DNA from: Girardia tigrina
Taxonomy: Eukaryota
Direction of reading: 5' to 3'
Length of the DNA: 64,000 nucleotides
Assembly: GCA_001938485.1 (NCBI GenBank)
Contig: MQRK01241356.1
Span: 43,554-107,553 of the forward strand
In this document: positions 36,901-46,140 of the stretch, piece by piece
How positions within the stretch are numbered: the first letter of the stretch is position 1
How the letters are laid out: every line of letters begins with the position of its first letter
Position numbers and translations under genes: made by a program
The notes under the pieces: generated by a model
What the model saw: only the letters and a program-made list of their open reading frames with translations
Database searches by the model: none
Told to the model about the DNA's origin: nothing

Positions 36901-37823
36901 ACCTTGCGCTGGGTGATTATCACCTTTTCTCAGCATCGAAGAAACCCCTTCGAGGACATCATTTCGCGAATTTGGATGAAATGAAAACAGCAGTCAGTGC
37001 GTGGATTGCAGAGACACTGCGTATTTTCTTCGATAATGGTATTAGGAAGTTGACACAGAGATGGGAAAAGTGTGTGAAACTGAATGGTGATTATATTGAA
37101 AAGTTCGATAGCGATTCTGATGAGATTGATCAATTTTGTTAACTGGAATAAACTTTTTGAATTTGTTGTTACTTATATCAGTCCGCGAACTTTTGGGACA
37201 CCCCTCGTAATAAATACATAAAAAAACAGTTTTCACTCTCCTATCGGATAGGAGAGTAATCACTGTATATATATTACAATTTTTTTGCTAATATAAGAAA
37301 TAAAAATAAATTCAAACGTGATTAATATATCACTTGATAAATTAGTATCTTTAGCATTTGAATTTTTTTATCAACTAAAAATCACTTAAAATTCAGATCT
37401 CAGTCCGTAGAATTCATCCATTTGGCCAATTCAAATGGTGATTGTCAGTTCTCAAGCAACGCAAACAACGGAGATCAAGAGTCTGATCTCGGCTATGTTA
37501 CATACAAAACCAACGAGAACCATTGTGTTAATCAGGAAACAAATACATCATCGTCCGACCGACCAACAAATCTCCCTTTAAAACTACCTTCAAATTATCT
37601 TACCTCGACGACTGACAAAACCGATCAGTTCGACAACACTAATAATCCAGTGATCGTTTTGAGCGACATGATAACAAAACCTGTCACAAATCACAGCTGC
37701 TCTCTTGACCTGAGCACTGATACTGGAGTTTCTGAGATCGAATGTATGATGGATAGACAGTCCCAGACGCCCTTGAGCAGTGACATCCCCCTCAGTGATC
37801 AGTGTATTCAAACCAGCGTTTGA
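3361..37823 (+). CDS. vkr: Venus kinase receptor (VFT + TM + tyrosine kinase), spliced gene; join(3361-3418,3879-4046,7416-7569,7616-7781,9996-10273,10323-10472,14145-14350,14422-14693,20037-20353,22297-22529,28262-28481,31614-31761,31810-32048,37397-37823), ~1011 aa
   Basis: All exons are bounded by AG/GT and join in frame with no stops. VFT motifs: VCS, YFFRTIPS, WNWKQIAIL, RIFIVEYFEEATRLIMCAAYKLQMTLENGFVWLLNPW, NCTKEEI. Juxtamembrane W..PSDG..C..G.C then a TM helix. VKR-type kinase start IPGHDVVINRTVGKGHFGTVFGGEA..WVMVAVK, then HRD..RN, DFG, RWLPPES. The 5' start is uncertain. Confidence 0.9.
3879..4046 (+). CDS. vkr: VKR exon, VFT lobe I (SLNRVSDLNKRYFENSCYELVLDIRNLSCVEDLVLKEYLQY...IVVAYL)
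   Basis: Open frame absent from the ORF track; Y-x-L-x-L...C pattern of the ANF/GABA-B VFT; AG/GT boundaries; phase 1 to the 7416 exon. Confidence 0.8.
4787..5135 (+). repeat. Dispersed non-autonomous repeat (other copies ~16595-16900 + and ~19430-19520 -)
   Basis: Shared blocks ACTAGTAAATCAA, TTCTTTATGC.GACA.AACTCTACT, GGAACTCCG, TCATCGA.AATGAGTAAGT. Confidence 0.65.
6025..7193 (-). mobile_element. Mariner (Hsmar1/cecropia-like), internally deleted
   Basis: TIRs TTAGGTTGTTGCAAAAGCAATGC / GCATTCCTTTTGCAACAACATAA with TA flanks; WVPHEL, TCDEKW. Confidence 0.9.
7416..7569 (+). CDS. vkr: VKR exon, VFT (AVCSDSLE...TSTADSPNFGNVTQYKYFFRTIPS)
   Basis: Classic VFT 'SP......YFFRT.PS' motif; tttag/gtaaat boundaries. 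Confidence 0.9.
7616..7781 (+). CDS. vkr: VKR exon, VFT (FREWNWKQIAIL)
   Basis: Follows a 46-nt intron; W.W..IA motif. Confidence 0.9.
8827..9260 (+). repeat. Duplicate of 5841-6250 (flank plus mariner end)
   Basis: ~400 nt of high identity including the mariner TIR and TA junction. Confidence 0.85.
9996..10273 (+). CDS. vkr: VKR exon, VFT lobe II (ALKRIRDQKNGRIFIVEY...GFVWLLNPW...NCTKEEI)
   Basis: GABA-B/VKR-like motifs; phase 0 acceptor tgtag. The donor GTTTAG is weak but in phase. Confidence 0.9.
10323..10472 (+). CDS. vkr: VKR exon, VFT (FAVFTVEAIEKIGIAIDKLLKENPSALSVLHT)
   Basis: YDA-equivalent helix; 49-nt preceding intron; phase 2. Confidence 0.85.
10625..11030 (+). repeat. Dispersed repeat; second copy ~63510-63960
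   Basis: Shared GAGGAATATTT.GAATGTT, GTCTCTCCTACCCAGA, GATTAATATTTTAATTC. Confidence 0.65.
12267..12544. mobile_element. piggyBac-type MITE
   Basis: TTAA-CCTTCACTCTGTGCAT ... ATGCACAGAGTGAAGG-TTAA. Confidence 0.85.
12673..13533 (-). mobile_element. 3' part of an R2/NeSL-group non-LTR retrotransposon (RLE domain, 3' UTR, short A tail)
   Basis: RDRVDLQV...LYLIDIKCP...K..HYENLA...VGDLKTW restriction-like endonuclease motif. Confidence 0.75.
14145..14350 (+). CDS. vkr: VKR exon, end of VFT (KFISFISNVDQQGNRISE...)
   Basis: Open frame; phases match both neighbours; donor G|GTATGT. Confidence 0.8.
14422..14693 (+). CDS. vkr: VKR exon, juxtamembrane + transmembrane helix
   Basis: LWG...PPSDG...C...GLSC, then ILIFNAIILIPILGMIMFGYCFAL and the basic stop-transfer RQLRKK; donor GTAAGT. 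Confidence 0.9.
15410..15980. mobile_element. MULE-like foldback MITE with 16-bp subterminal repeats
   Basis: Inverted repeats of GGACATTT.CTCAC / GTGAGGAAATGTCC; tandem units at 15879-15960. Confidence 0.6.
17340..17840 (+). mobile_element. Decayed LTR-retrotransposon gag-like fragment
   Basis: Purine-rich ORF pieces ending in a degenerate zinc knuckle ITCWNCRGTGHKS. Confidence 0.45.
20037..20353 (+). CDS. vkr: VKR exon, kinase subdomains I-V
   Basis: GKGHFG, VAVK, FLSEA, HENIVKLVGV, LIME...GDL. Confidence 0.95.
20542..21180 (-). mobile_element. MULE transposase C-terminal fragment
   Basis: LAALIFVP, YFFSTYI, WNHY...KTTNCSEGFHNAL...SHPNIW. Confidence 0.75.
21523..21658. repeat. Near-perfect 136-nt inverted repeat (hairpin)
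   Basis: 66-nt arms, 3 mismatches, 4-nt loop ATAA. Confidence 0.9.
22297..22529 (+). CDS. vkr: VKR exon, kinase subdomains VI-VII
   Basis: DIAAGLDYLHKNRYVHRDVALRNCLL...VKMGDFGLAR. Confidence 0.95.
23307..24560 (+). mobile_element. hAT element 5' remnant with BED zinc finger (spans the N-gap 23865-24071)
   Basis: TAGGGGTTCCAATC terminus with ATCCCG subrepeats; SKAWEYFKK...AKCLKC...KGSSTKGLITHLLSIH at 24416-24555. Confidence 0.55.
26450..27160 (-). mobile_element. Tc1/IS630-like DDE transposase, decayed
   Basis: FIF.DEVGF, NISVLATMNKYGMI, ILIMDNA, YLPPYSSFLNSIENIFSVWK. Confidence 0.8.
27366..27642. repeat. 21-bp periodic minisatellite of GTTRCCATRGCAAC-like palindromes
   Basis: Units start at 27366, 27387, 27408, 27429 and again at 27608, 27629. 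Confidence 0.75.
28262..28481 (+). CDS. vkr: VKR exon, kinase subdomains VIII-X
   Basis: [40 protein letters not shown]. Confidence 0.95.
28575..30172 (-). mobile_element. R2/NeSL-group non-LTR retrotransposon RT + CCHC region, decayed
   Basis: DAFGSV, GVRQGCSLSMLLFN, LAYADDLVL, PWQKL, YLYTPREHGGVG, CRRCPNDKETLAHVLTGC, RH. Confidence 0.85.
30173..30858 (+). mobile_element. hAT-superfamily (hATm-like) 3' fragment
   Basis: FPCHSQAIERAIKDVSSAS C-terminus; terminal ...TTCGACCCACCCTA followed by (AT)n. Confidence 0.55.
30859..30906. repeat. (AT)n microsatellite
   Basis: Direct reading. Confidence 0.9.
31614..31761 (+). CDS. vkr: VKR exon, kinase subdomain XI
   Basis: IIKKCCAYRPSLR...PECVEPSLSD; phase 2/0 consistent. 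Confidence 0.85.
31810..32048 (+). CDS. vkr: VKR exon, Ser-rich cytoplasmic tail
   Basis: 48-nt intron before; open frame; GTAAGT donor. Confidence 0.8.
32433..32856 (+). mobile_element. Non-autonomous Helitron carrying a degenerate (TTAGGG)n tract
   Basis: 3' hairpin CCCGTCAT-AC-ATGACGGG (32828-32845) followed by CTAG|T; 5' CTATTATATATAAAG. Confidence 0.6.
32541..32703 (+). repeat. Interstitial degenerate telomeric (TTAGGG)n, ~27 units
   Basis: Direct reading. Confidence 0.9.
33140..34500 (+). mobile_element. Highly decayed hATm-like transposase
   Basis: Remnants resembling V.WDGKLL, RLP, QAKAV...DW, HARWLSK across frameshifts. Confidence 0.45.
35888..37207 (+). mobile_element. Mariner (irritans/Hsmar2-like), full length with stops and a frameshift
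   Basis: Right TIR ...CTTTTGGGACACCCCTCG-TA; WVPRL, TVDEAW, DSARPH, HPPYSPNLA..DYHLF. Confidence 0.9.
37397..37823 (+). CDS. vkr: VKR terminal exon (...DQCIQTSV*)
   Basis: attcag acceptor in phase 2; 427 nt to the stop; independently conserved in the inverted copy at 61754-62180. Confidence 0.85.
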
Positions 37824-38542
37824 GTTCTCTTTTTTCTAAATGTATTTCTCAATATTTTAAGTCACTGTCCCGTATATTTATTATTATTAAGTTTATTTAA
37901 TAATTATTATAGTTATTTATATATATATATAATTATGAATGTATTTATGTTTTGTGAACTTCATTTTTGTAGCCGATTTTTATGTGCATCAGATTTACTA
38001 TTTTTTTAATTAACATTTATTAATGTAAGTAATTCTTTGTATTGTATTTTGGAGTCTAGGAAAGGTGCTCGGTTCGAACGATGTTTCCTCTTGTAAATAC
38101 AGTTTTAATCGCGAGTGTACTTTCATAATTGTCGATTTGTGATGTGATGGATTCGATTTTGCTGTTCATTGATTGTAAATAAATGTTTTAAAATATTTTT
38201 AATTCGGATTATGTTGTATTATCCATTTAGATATATCGTATATTAGATTGTGTTGATTATACTTTTGATTGGTTGTCTTGGTTTTGAAATTCGAATTTTT
38301 CGCTTGTGTGGCGGCGCATTGTCCGTGAAATTTGAATGCCGATTTGTGTTGCGAAAATATTGCAATAAAAAGTTTGTGTGCGTATTTCATATTTGTTTAA
38401 CAAAGTCGACAAAGAAACAAAAATGAAAAAGTTTTATAAGTAATAAATGCGCCACAAATTAGTAATATTCAGTTCAAGAGTATCTTAATTTTAAGATTTC
38501 AATCTAAACTTTTATCGTGTAGGTAAATAAATTATTCAAATA

Positions 38543-39597
38543 TTAGGTTGTTTAAAAATAATTTCGTTTTGTAACCTTAATCTTTAAAGACAAATATCTC
38601 AGCGTAGAATCAACGTTATTAATCGAAATAAAACCCTTAGCATCAATACACTTTTGCCAACGTTGCACAAGTTTATTTATTCCGATTGCATAAAATTCTG
38701 GCTTCTGGAGGCGATGAAATCGTTGAAGGCAGTTTTAGCATTCCCTTGATTTTTGAAGTACTTCTCCTGGAGGAAAATGTGAAGATGTTTGAAAAAGTGA
38801 TAATCAGTAGGTGAGTGTGGTGGATGACTCAAAGTTTCGTAGCCAAGTTCGTTCAACAGTTGCATTGTCAGACGTGCGATGTGTGGTCAAGTTGTGTCGT
38901 GGAGAAAAATAGGCCGCTTTCTATTGACTAATGATGGTTGTTGTTGTAGTTTCTGGTTCATTTTGACAATTTCCTGACAGTATCTCTCTGTCGTAATTGT
39001 TTCTCCTGGATTTAGGAAGCTGTGATGAATAACACCGAATGCAGACTACCAAACAGTACCATCATCTTTTTTGGTACAATTTCGTCTTCGGAAAGAGTTG
39101 CGGAGCTTGATTATGGTTCCACCATTGAGAAGAACGTCTCCGACTGTCGTAGAGAATCCATTTTTCATCACACGTTACAATTCGGTCCAGAAACGGATCA
39201 TTCTTGTTCAGCAGAAGAAGTGAAGACGATGCCTCAAAACGACGCATTTTTTGATTGTCATTTAATTTGTATGGAATCCATTTATCCAGTTTTTTCGACT
39301 TCCTAATGTCACGCAGATGGTTTGAAATTGTTCCTATCGTGACAACTAGTTCTTTCGCAATGTCTCGACTTGTTGTGCATGGATTCGCTTCTACTAGAGC
39401 CTTCAAATTTTCATTTTCAATAGCAGTTTCCGTCCACGACCATCATAATTTTTGAGGGTCTCATCTCCTTCTTGAAATTTTTTGAACTAACGTTGCAACA
39501 TACATTCGATTGTGGTTCCCTCGCCCAATGCACCATTGATATTACGGGCGGCCACCGATGCTTTGTGGCCAAGTTTAAATTCATATAAAAAATTTCC
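38543..39597 (-). mobile_element. Mariner (cecropia-like), 5'-truncated
   Basis: TA-TTAGGTTG terminus; KKLDKWIP, TCDEKW, HPPHSPTDYHFF. Confidence 0.85.
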
Positions 39598-39642
39598 TGA
39601 CCTGACCTGTTTTATACGAATTGCCTGACCCTAACCCTAACC

Positions 39643-39746
39643 CCGCGATTTCCCTATCAGTCACCGAAATAAGTACTAACGCGGCCGTTGGTTGCTTGAC
39701 TTCGGAGATCGGACGATATCCGACGTACCCAACTGCGGCCATTGAC
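39643..39746 (-). ncRNA. 5S rRNA-derived sequence (SINE3-like head or 5S pseudogene)
   Basis: Reverse strand reads GTCAATGGCC...CGTCCGATCTCCGAAGTCAAGC...GTTAGTACTT...GGTGAC...GGGAA; the 3' end runs into TTAGGG repeats. Confidence 0.75.
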
Positions 39747-40840
39747 TAAAAATTTTACCTAAGTATTAATTTAATTTTAGAAATGATTTTATTTAAAGAA
39801 AGACATTTATTTAATCAATTTAAAAATTAGTTAAAAGTTATTTACTTTATTAAAATTTTTGATATTAAAATTTTAAACGATTTGATATTCTAAAAATTTT
39901 TTAATATCTTATGATGTAATTTAAAATTCATCAATTGTAATTTAAAATGCAAACTATGCTTGAACAACTATTCATCGCGAACATCCAAAATATCAATTTT
40001 CCATCTGGGTGGGAGAAACACATTTCTAAATACTAAATTCAACATACAAAATTCAGCATACCAATTTTAAAATACCAAATTTAAAATATTCCTCACATCC
40101 CCCTTTATTTAAATGGCCTTTGCCATTCCACATTCCTAATAAAAATTCTACCATTATCTAATTGTATTTCGTAATTTCTTTCATGTCGTCGGTCCTTTAT
40201 TGATACTTCAAGCTATAACTAAATGTAAGATTGATTTAAAATATTTTTTGTATGATGCCTTATTAAGACATCTTATAAGACAGTCTTATTAATACATTGT
40301 GGTAATTGATTGCAATAACTACTTTTATGATTGCAACATCAACATAAAAGATCGAGAAACACTTTACGTTTCAGAGTAAAGCTGACACTGAAAGGAAATC
40401 GTTGAGGATTCCCTAGCTACGTGCCTGAATGTTAGTGATTCTAATAATCAAAATAATTCTGAAAAACTAGTAAATTTAAATGAAGCAGAAATGCCCTCCA
40501 ACATAATTGATGTTTTTCATGTTCAAAAGAACATCCATGACTAAACCCCCATAATAATAAAGAGTTACTCGATTTACTACCTCAGTTCTGCTAAGTTTTT
40601 GTGACCACTGTCATCATCCAGTCGGAGCCAACAAGAGTTATCAATAATCGCATTTCCAATTTAGAAGAACACGTCAGTTTCGATCCAGCTTGTATTGTAC
40701 TATATTAGTTCCCTTTTAGTTTGCTAAACTTCTTAGGGTCATTTTCCATCTTTATTCGTTCTGGTAATTGTTTCGTCATTGCAGCCACATGCGGTTCAAT
40801 CTCGGAATCCAAATTTCTAGCATTGACCAGACACGTTAAA

Positions 40841-43800
40841 GCGCTTGTAATTCAAAATGTCCAAATTCAAAATGTCCAATGTCAAAATGTTCGAATTCAA
40901 AATGTCCAAATTTTAAATTTAAATGAAAAATGTAAATTTAAAATATTTAAAATGGTTCATTCAATTTATTAAGTACTAAAGTAATAAAATAAATAAAATA
41001 TTACAATAAATAAAAACCTAAAATACTAAAATAAATAAAATGCTACAATACTTAAAATGCTACAATAAGTAAAATAATAAAATAAATTAAATACTAAAAT
41101 TAAAAATACTAAAATAAATAAAATACTAACATACTAAAACACTAAAGTATAAAAAATTAAAATGAAAAGAATAAAATTTTAATAATATATTCTTTCAACT
41201 AAATCCCAAAAATAGTCCTCAAGTCACATCCTATTTATTTCTTTTCAATAATAAATTCCTTTTATCTATCACTAATTACAACGTATTTGCGCTCTCTACG
41301 TAATTTTCCACCTGCCTCAATTCTTAGAAACTTTTGAAGAATAGCTTCTTCTTCGTCGACTAACTTTTTAACAAAGTTTCTTGGTGTTTTATTAAGAGCT
41401 CCAAATGTTGCTCTAAAAATATTATGCCATCCTTCAATGGCGTTGTTTGTGCGTGGTGTATTTTCTATAATACTAGATCTATTATTCCATGGAGTAATCT
41501 CAAAGCGTGATGGTTGATCATTAGAGCCGATGTATGTTACAAAAAAATAGTCATACAAAGAATTAAGACAAATAGGAAAATCAATTAATGTTATGAAAAT
41601 TCTTGAAACTTGATTTAGTGGAATAAATGCTAGGGCCTTTAAAGCTTTAACAAATCTTCTTAAAGTTTCATTTGTGGGATCTTCGATTCCCAAAGAGTTT
41701 TGATCAATTTTTCTGTTAATATTCTTTGCCAAATGAAAATGGCATGCAGTAAAACGAAACACAGGAAATATTAGGGTGAACCAAAAGTCTCTTCGTATTT
41801 TTTATCAAAAAATTAAACATAATTTTACAACAAATAAAAAACATTTAAGGTTCAAAGTAAAGGTCATTTGAATCTATAGCTAGAACTCATCTATTGGCAA
41901 GTTGTGCGATCCCGCTGCGATACCAATCCTTGTTCTTAGAAGCGAAGAACTGGTAACACCCGTTTTCGACCTGGGTCAGATTATTAAAGCTGCAACCACA
42001 AAGAAAGTGTGCCATAGAGCGGAAAAGGTGATAGTCGGATGGCGCAAGATCCGGACTATACACTGGGTGTGAAAGAAGTTCAAAGGCGTCGAGAGTTTTG
42101 ATTTTTTCCTTTGTTTGTTTGGGGGTGTGCGGTTTTGCATTGTCCTGTTGTAGAAGAACTCGCTTTCAATTGATCAAAGCGGGGTATTTCTCGCCAAGTG
42201 CCGCATACATTCGATCAAGTTGGGCGCAGTAAATGGTCAGCGTCAATGGTACGACCATTTTGAACTAGCTCGAAGTGAATCACGCCTTCGAAATTCCACC
42301 AAACACACAAAAGTGCCTTCCTTGAGAAACGATCTCGTTTCGCTACCGGCTCGCCATTTGTCCGGGGTCTAACCATTGATTTTGTTGGTCTGGATCTTTT
42401 CATCGCAAATTACAATGCGACGGATGAAATGGTCATCGCACGGATTTTCTAGCAATTTTTGACAAGTTTCGAAACGCTTTTCGACTTGAATTTGTGTCAA
42501 TTCATGAGGCAATTCTCGACATCGTCTATTGACCTTGCCAAGAGCGTGAAGGTGTCGTACAATAGATATTTGAGGAATATCGAGTTCGGCCGACAATCTG
42601 CGAGTACTTATTGACGGATTTGTCTCGACGGCTTCACGAATTGCTCCGGAATCTACGGTGATAGGTCGGTCTGAACGTGCATTGTCTCAGAGGTCAATGT
42701 CGCCTTCGTTGAACCTTTTGAACCAATTTTGTGCAGTACGATTTGAGACCACATTATCACCTCAACTTCGCATATCTTCTCTGTTGCTGCAGTTGCGGTT
42801 AAGCCATGTTTCCAGTAATGGCATAAAAGAACACGAATTTCAAAATATTCCGTGATTTTTCTAAAAGACCATAAAAATTATATTAACGACTAATTAGAAG
42901 TGTTAACATATATTGTGATAGAGTAGTTTAAGAGCTTTAAAAACATATAGCACATGTATATAAAATATCTTTATTTGGTAATGAGAAACAATTGAACAAA
43001 AAGACGTAGAAAATACGAAAAGACTTTTGGTTCACCTTAATACATTCTTAAAAGCATTTATAGCAGCAAGCTCAAAATCTGTTATAATAATATCTGGGTC
43101 AAGATCAATTACCAGAGATTTTAATATATTGAGAAACTCAAAATAAATTTTATACGATTTTGACGGCAATTATGCAAAAACTATTGGAATTACATGATAG
43201 TCAACAATGATTGATATGGTATACTTCTGTTTCCATCCCTCAGGACAAGTATCAAACGTACCATCGATGCACCACAATCTATAAACCTGTAAATTATGAA
43301 TCATTGTATCTGAATAAAAAATACATATACAACTATTATATTCTAATTCACGTCGTCTATTAGGACTGTATTGATTAAAATTTGCATCTCGACGAGTAAA
43401 CATTAATTCTTCCTCGATGTTCAATACAGGTTAATATATAAGATCTGGGTCGATGATGTTCCGTCTTTTCCTATTTATTAGCTGAACTAATGAGGCCTGT
43501 GTGCCCGTTGCGGCAATATTACAGATACTTTCATTTTCTAAGGCATCATTAATAATCTCTCTGGGCGAATTGTCCGTATTTATGGCAGATAATATAATTT
43601 GGGCTCTTATTAGTCTACGCTTAACCATATCAGCTCTTGGAGCATGATTATGTTCTTTTGATATTTGAACATCATGTTGTTCTAAGCACCGTCCTTTTTT
43701 ATCAACTGTGTTTTTACTGATCCTCCACAGCTTCTAAACGTGCACCTCCATGTTATCAATGACTTCCCGATATGCTTTATAGTGTATTCATATCCAACAT

Positions 43801-44193
43801 ATTGTAGAGTTTTTCCACCTTTTTGGTTCTCAGAAATTTCAACAAGCATGGGGCTAAAATAAAAAAAATTAAATTTAAAATTTATCATTTTAACATACTT
43901 TTATTTGAAAATATCTTAATTTAAATTTATAATTAAAAATTTAAAGAAACAATTTAAGCAAAAATTTTAAACATTTTGAATTCACATTTTGAATTTAAAT
44001 TTTAAATTTTATTTACATTTTGAATTTAAATTTTTAATATTATTTACATTTTGAATTTTTGAATTTAGTCATTTTGATTTTGGACATTTTGAGTTTGTAT
44101 ATTTTAAATTTGGACATTTTGAAATTTGTCCATTTTGAATTTGGACACTTTGAATTCAAAAAATTTGATTTTGGACATTTTGAAACAACACGC
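40841..44193 (-). mobile_element. MULE (FLYWCH + MULE transposase) interrupted by a mariner
   Basis: Inverted 15-bp TTCAAAATGTCCAAA arrays at both ends; ITWRCT, WCIDGTF, DFE, CHFHL, RTNNAIEGWH. Confidence 0.85.
41771..43040 (-). mobile_element. Mariner nested in the MULE
   Basis: TIRs TTAGGGTGAACCAAAAGTCT / AGACTTTTGGTTCACCTTAA; TA TSD; PHELT, CDEK, QDNAKPH, YSPDLAPSDYHLF. Confidence 0.9.
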
Positions 44194-44363
44194 TTTAAAT
44201 CACCACATACATATCATAATTGTTCCCAACACCAAATTGTAACCCACTAGTTCGCCGGTCCATGCAAAGAGACTTGATTCTTATAAATAAAAATTTTATA
44301 AATTAAAATCGCTATAAATAAATTTTTAAAAATTTAAAATAATTTAAAAATAATTTTAAATAC

Positions 44364-45138
44364 GGGTACGGGACATTTTGACGCCAGAAATTATTTTTTT
44401 TGTTAAATTTTTAAAAATTTTTATAAATTAGTATTATTAGAAATAATTTATTATAAATTAAGATTTTAAGGAATTAAGTGAAATAAATTTTTATAAATTA
44501 GGATTTTTGGGAAATAAACTAAATAATTTGTCATGAATTAGGATTTTTTGGGAATAAAATGAAATAAATTTTAGTAAATTAGGATTAATAGACATAAAAT
44601 GAAATAAATTTTTTATATTTGAATGATGACAACTTTTCAACTTTCTTCTTGAGTACCAAATATTTTACTTTCAAAATTCTGTTCTAGAACATATGGTTTT
44701 AGAAATTTTTATTTTCGAAATTTTAGATTAGAAATTCTTGTTTTAGAAAATTTGATTTTAGAAGTGCTTCTTGATCAACAATAAATTAATTTCTTTTCAC
44801 TTTCGCAAAATTTCACGCGGTTGTCTGTTTTCAATTACTGTCAAACACAAATTAAAAGACCCAACTTGCTAAAAATAGAAAAATTGTCTATTGATAGAAG
44901 GTAGATGATGTGACCAGTAATTTCATTTTAGTTACAACGTAGAAATTATTGACCCCCTCGTATAAATAAAAATTCTGAATAAAAATATTATTGGTTTATT
45001 TTAATAAATAATAAAAATTCAATTCATTTTATTCCAAAAAATCATAATTTGTGAAAAATTATTGCATTTTGAGTCTAATAATACTAGTTTATAAAAATTT
45101 TATAAAAAATAATTTCTGGTGTCGAAGTGTCCGTATCC
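44364..45138. mobile_element. MITE (MULE-like TIRs)
   Basis: GGGTACGGGACATTTTGACGCCAGAAATTATTTTT vs AAAAATAATTTCTGGTGTCGAAGTGTCCGTATCC. Confidence 0.7.
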
Positions 45139-45149
45139 ATATTTGAAGT

Positions 45150-46140
45150 TTTTTAATAATAATCTCGGTCAGTGACGACTTTTATTAAAAGAAGGTCTTC
45201 CAACATAACTATCTTCAAAATAATACAACAATCTATTGAACTATTTCCATCTCTTGTACAAAAAAATCATTTTGAGTTAATGTTTCAAATGCATGTATCA
45301 AATCATTTACAGCAACCAATGATAATGTAGGTATTTGATGGATATTTAGAGCATAATCGGAATTTGACTTGTATTTTTCCATTAATTCAGGTATTTTTTG
45401 AAAATTTGTCAAATACATTGAGTTTAGTGTATAAACACCACTATGTTGCGATGGATTAGGAAATTTTTTATTAAATGCAATAATTGCTGCTTTTTCAAAA
45501 TCAGTAAGTATTGTGATTGGGACTCAATTTCTCTGAAGATTAGTTCAAATAATCTTTCATAAGCCATTTCCTTTCGATTGAGCATTAAAACAGACACTAA
45601 AGGAATTACATTGATGTATTTTAATCTGTGAATCGTATACAGCTGTAAGAATAATGACGAAACAATTATAAAAGTTCCATCACAATACCAGTGATCACTC
45701 TGTGCCAAAAGAAGAAGATTATTTTGAGTCGATAATATCAATAATCTATCATCTTATGCACCACTATTAAATAATTAAAATTCTTCATTTCTATTTGTGA
45801 GAAAATATTCATCCGAAATTATCAATTCACTAAAATTTACAGGTGAAAATAGTGCATGATTAAGGTGATTGCTTTGTCTTTGTACAGTTTTCTTTAAGCA
45901 TATAGGGGCGGGATCTTTGCAGATGCTGATTACCTAACACTGACGATTGAATCTGCAATAATTTGTGATGTTGCATTTTGAGTTGTCGCTGCTTTTTCCT
46001 TAATATAAGCAACAACATTTTTTGGTTTCAACTAAATCAGAATTAGGCATATGACTATGATTATCGAACCATTTCATAACCTCAATTCAATTGTAATTCA
46101 TCGTTCAATGCATTTCGATTTGTAATATTGTTGAGTGTTT
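45150..46140 (-). mobile_element. Decayed MULE transposase
   Basis: DHWYCDGTF, LFLQLYTIH, IPLV...YERLF. Confidence 0.75.

Noticed and set aside
35902-37142. SETMAR-like host gene
   Set aside because: No SET domain; TIRs, stops and a frameshift show an ordinary mariner.
37590-37811. Antisense ORF conserved in both VKR tail copies
   Set aside because: Explained by sense-strand identity; no independent evidence.
40850-40915. Short periodic repeats resembling CRISPR (also 15879-15960, 54828-54895, 58240-58316)
   Set aside because: No unique spacers and a eukaryotic context; these are MULE subterminal repeats.
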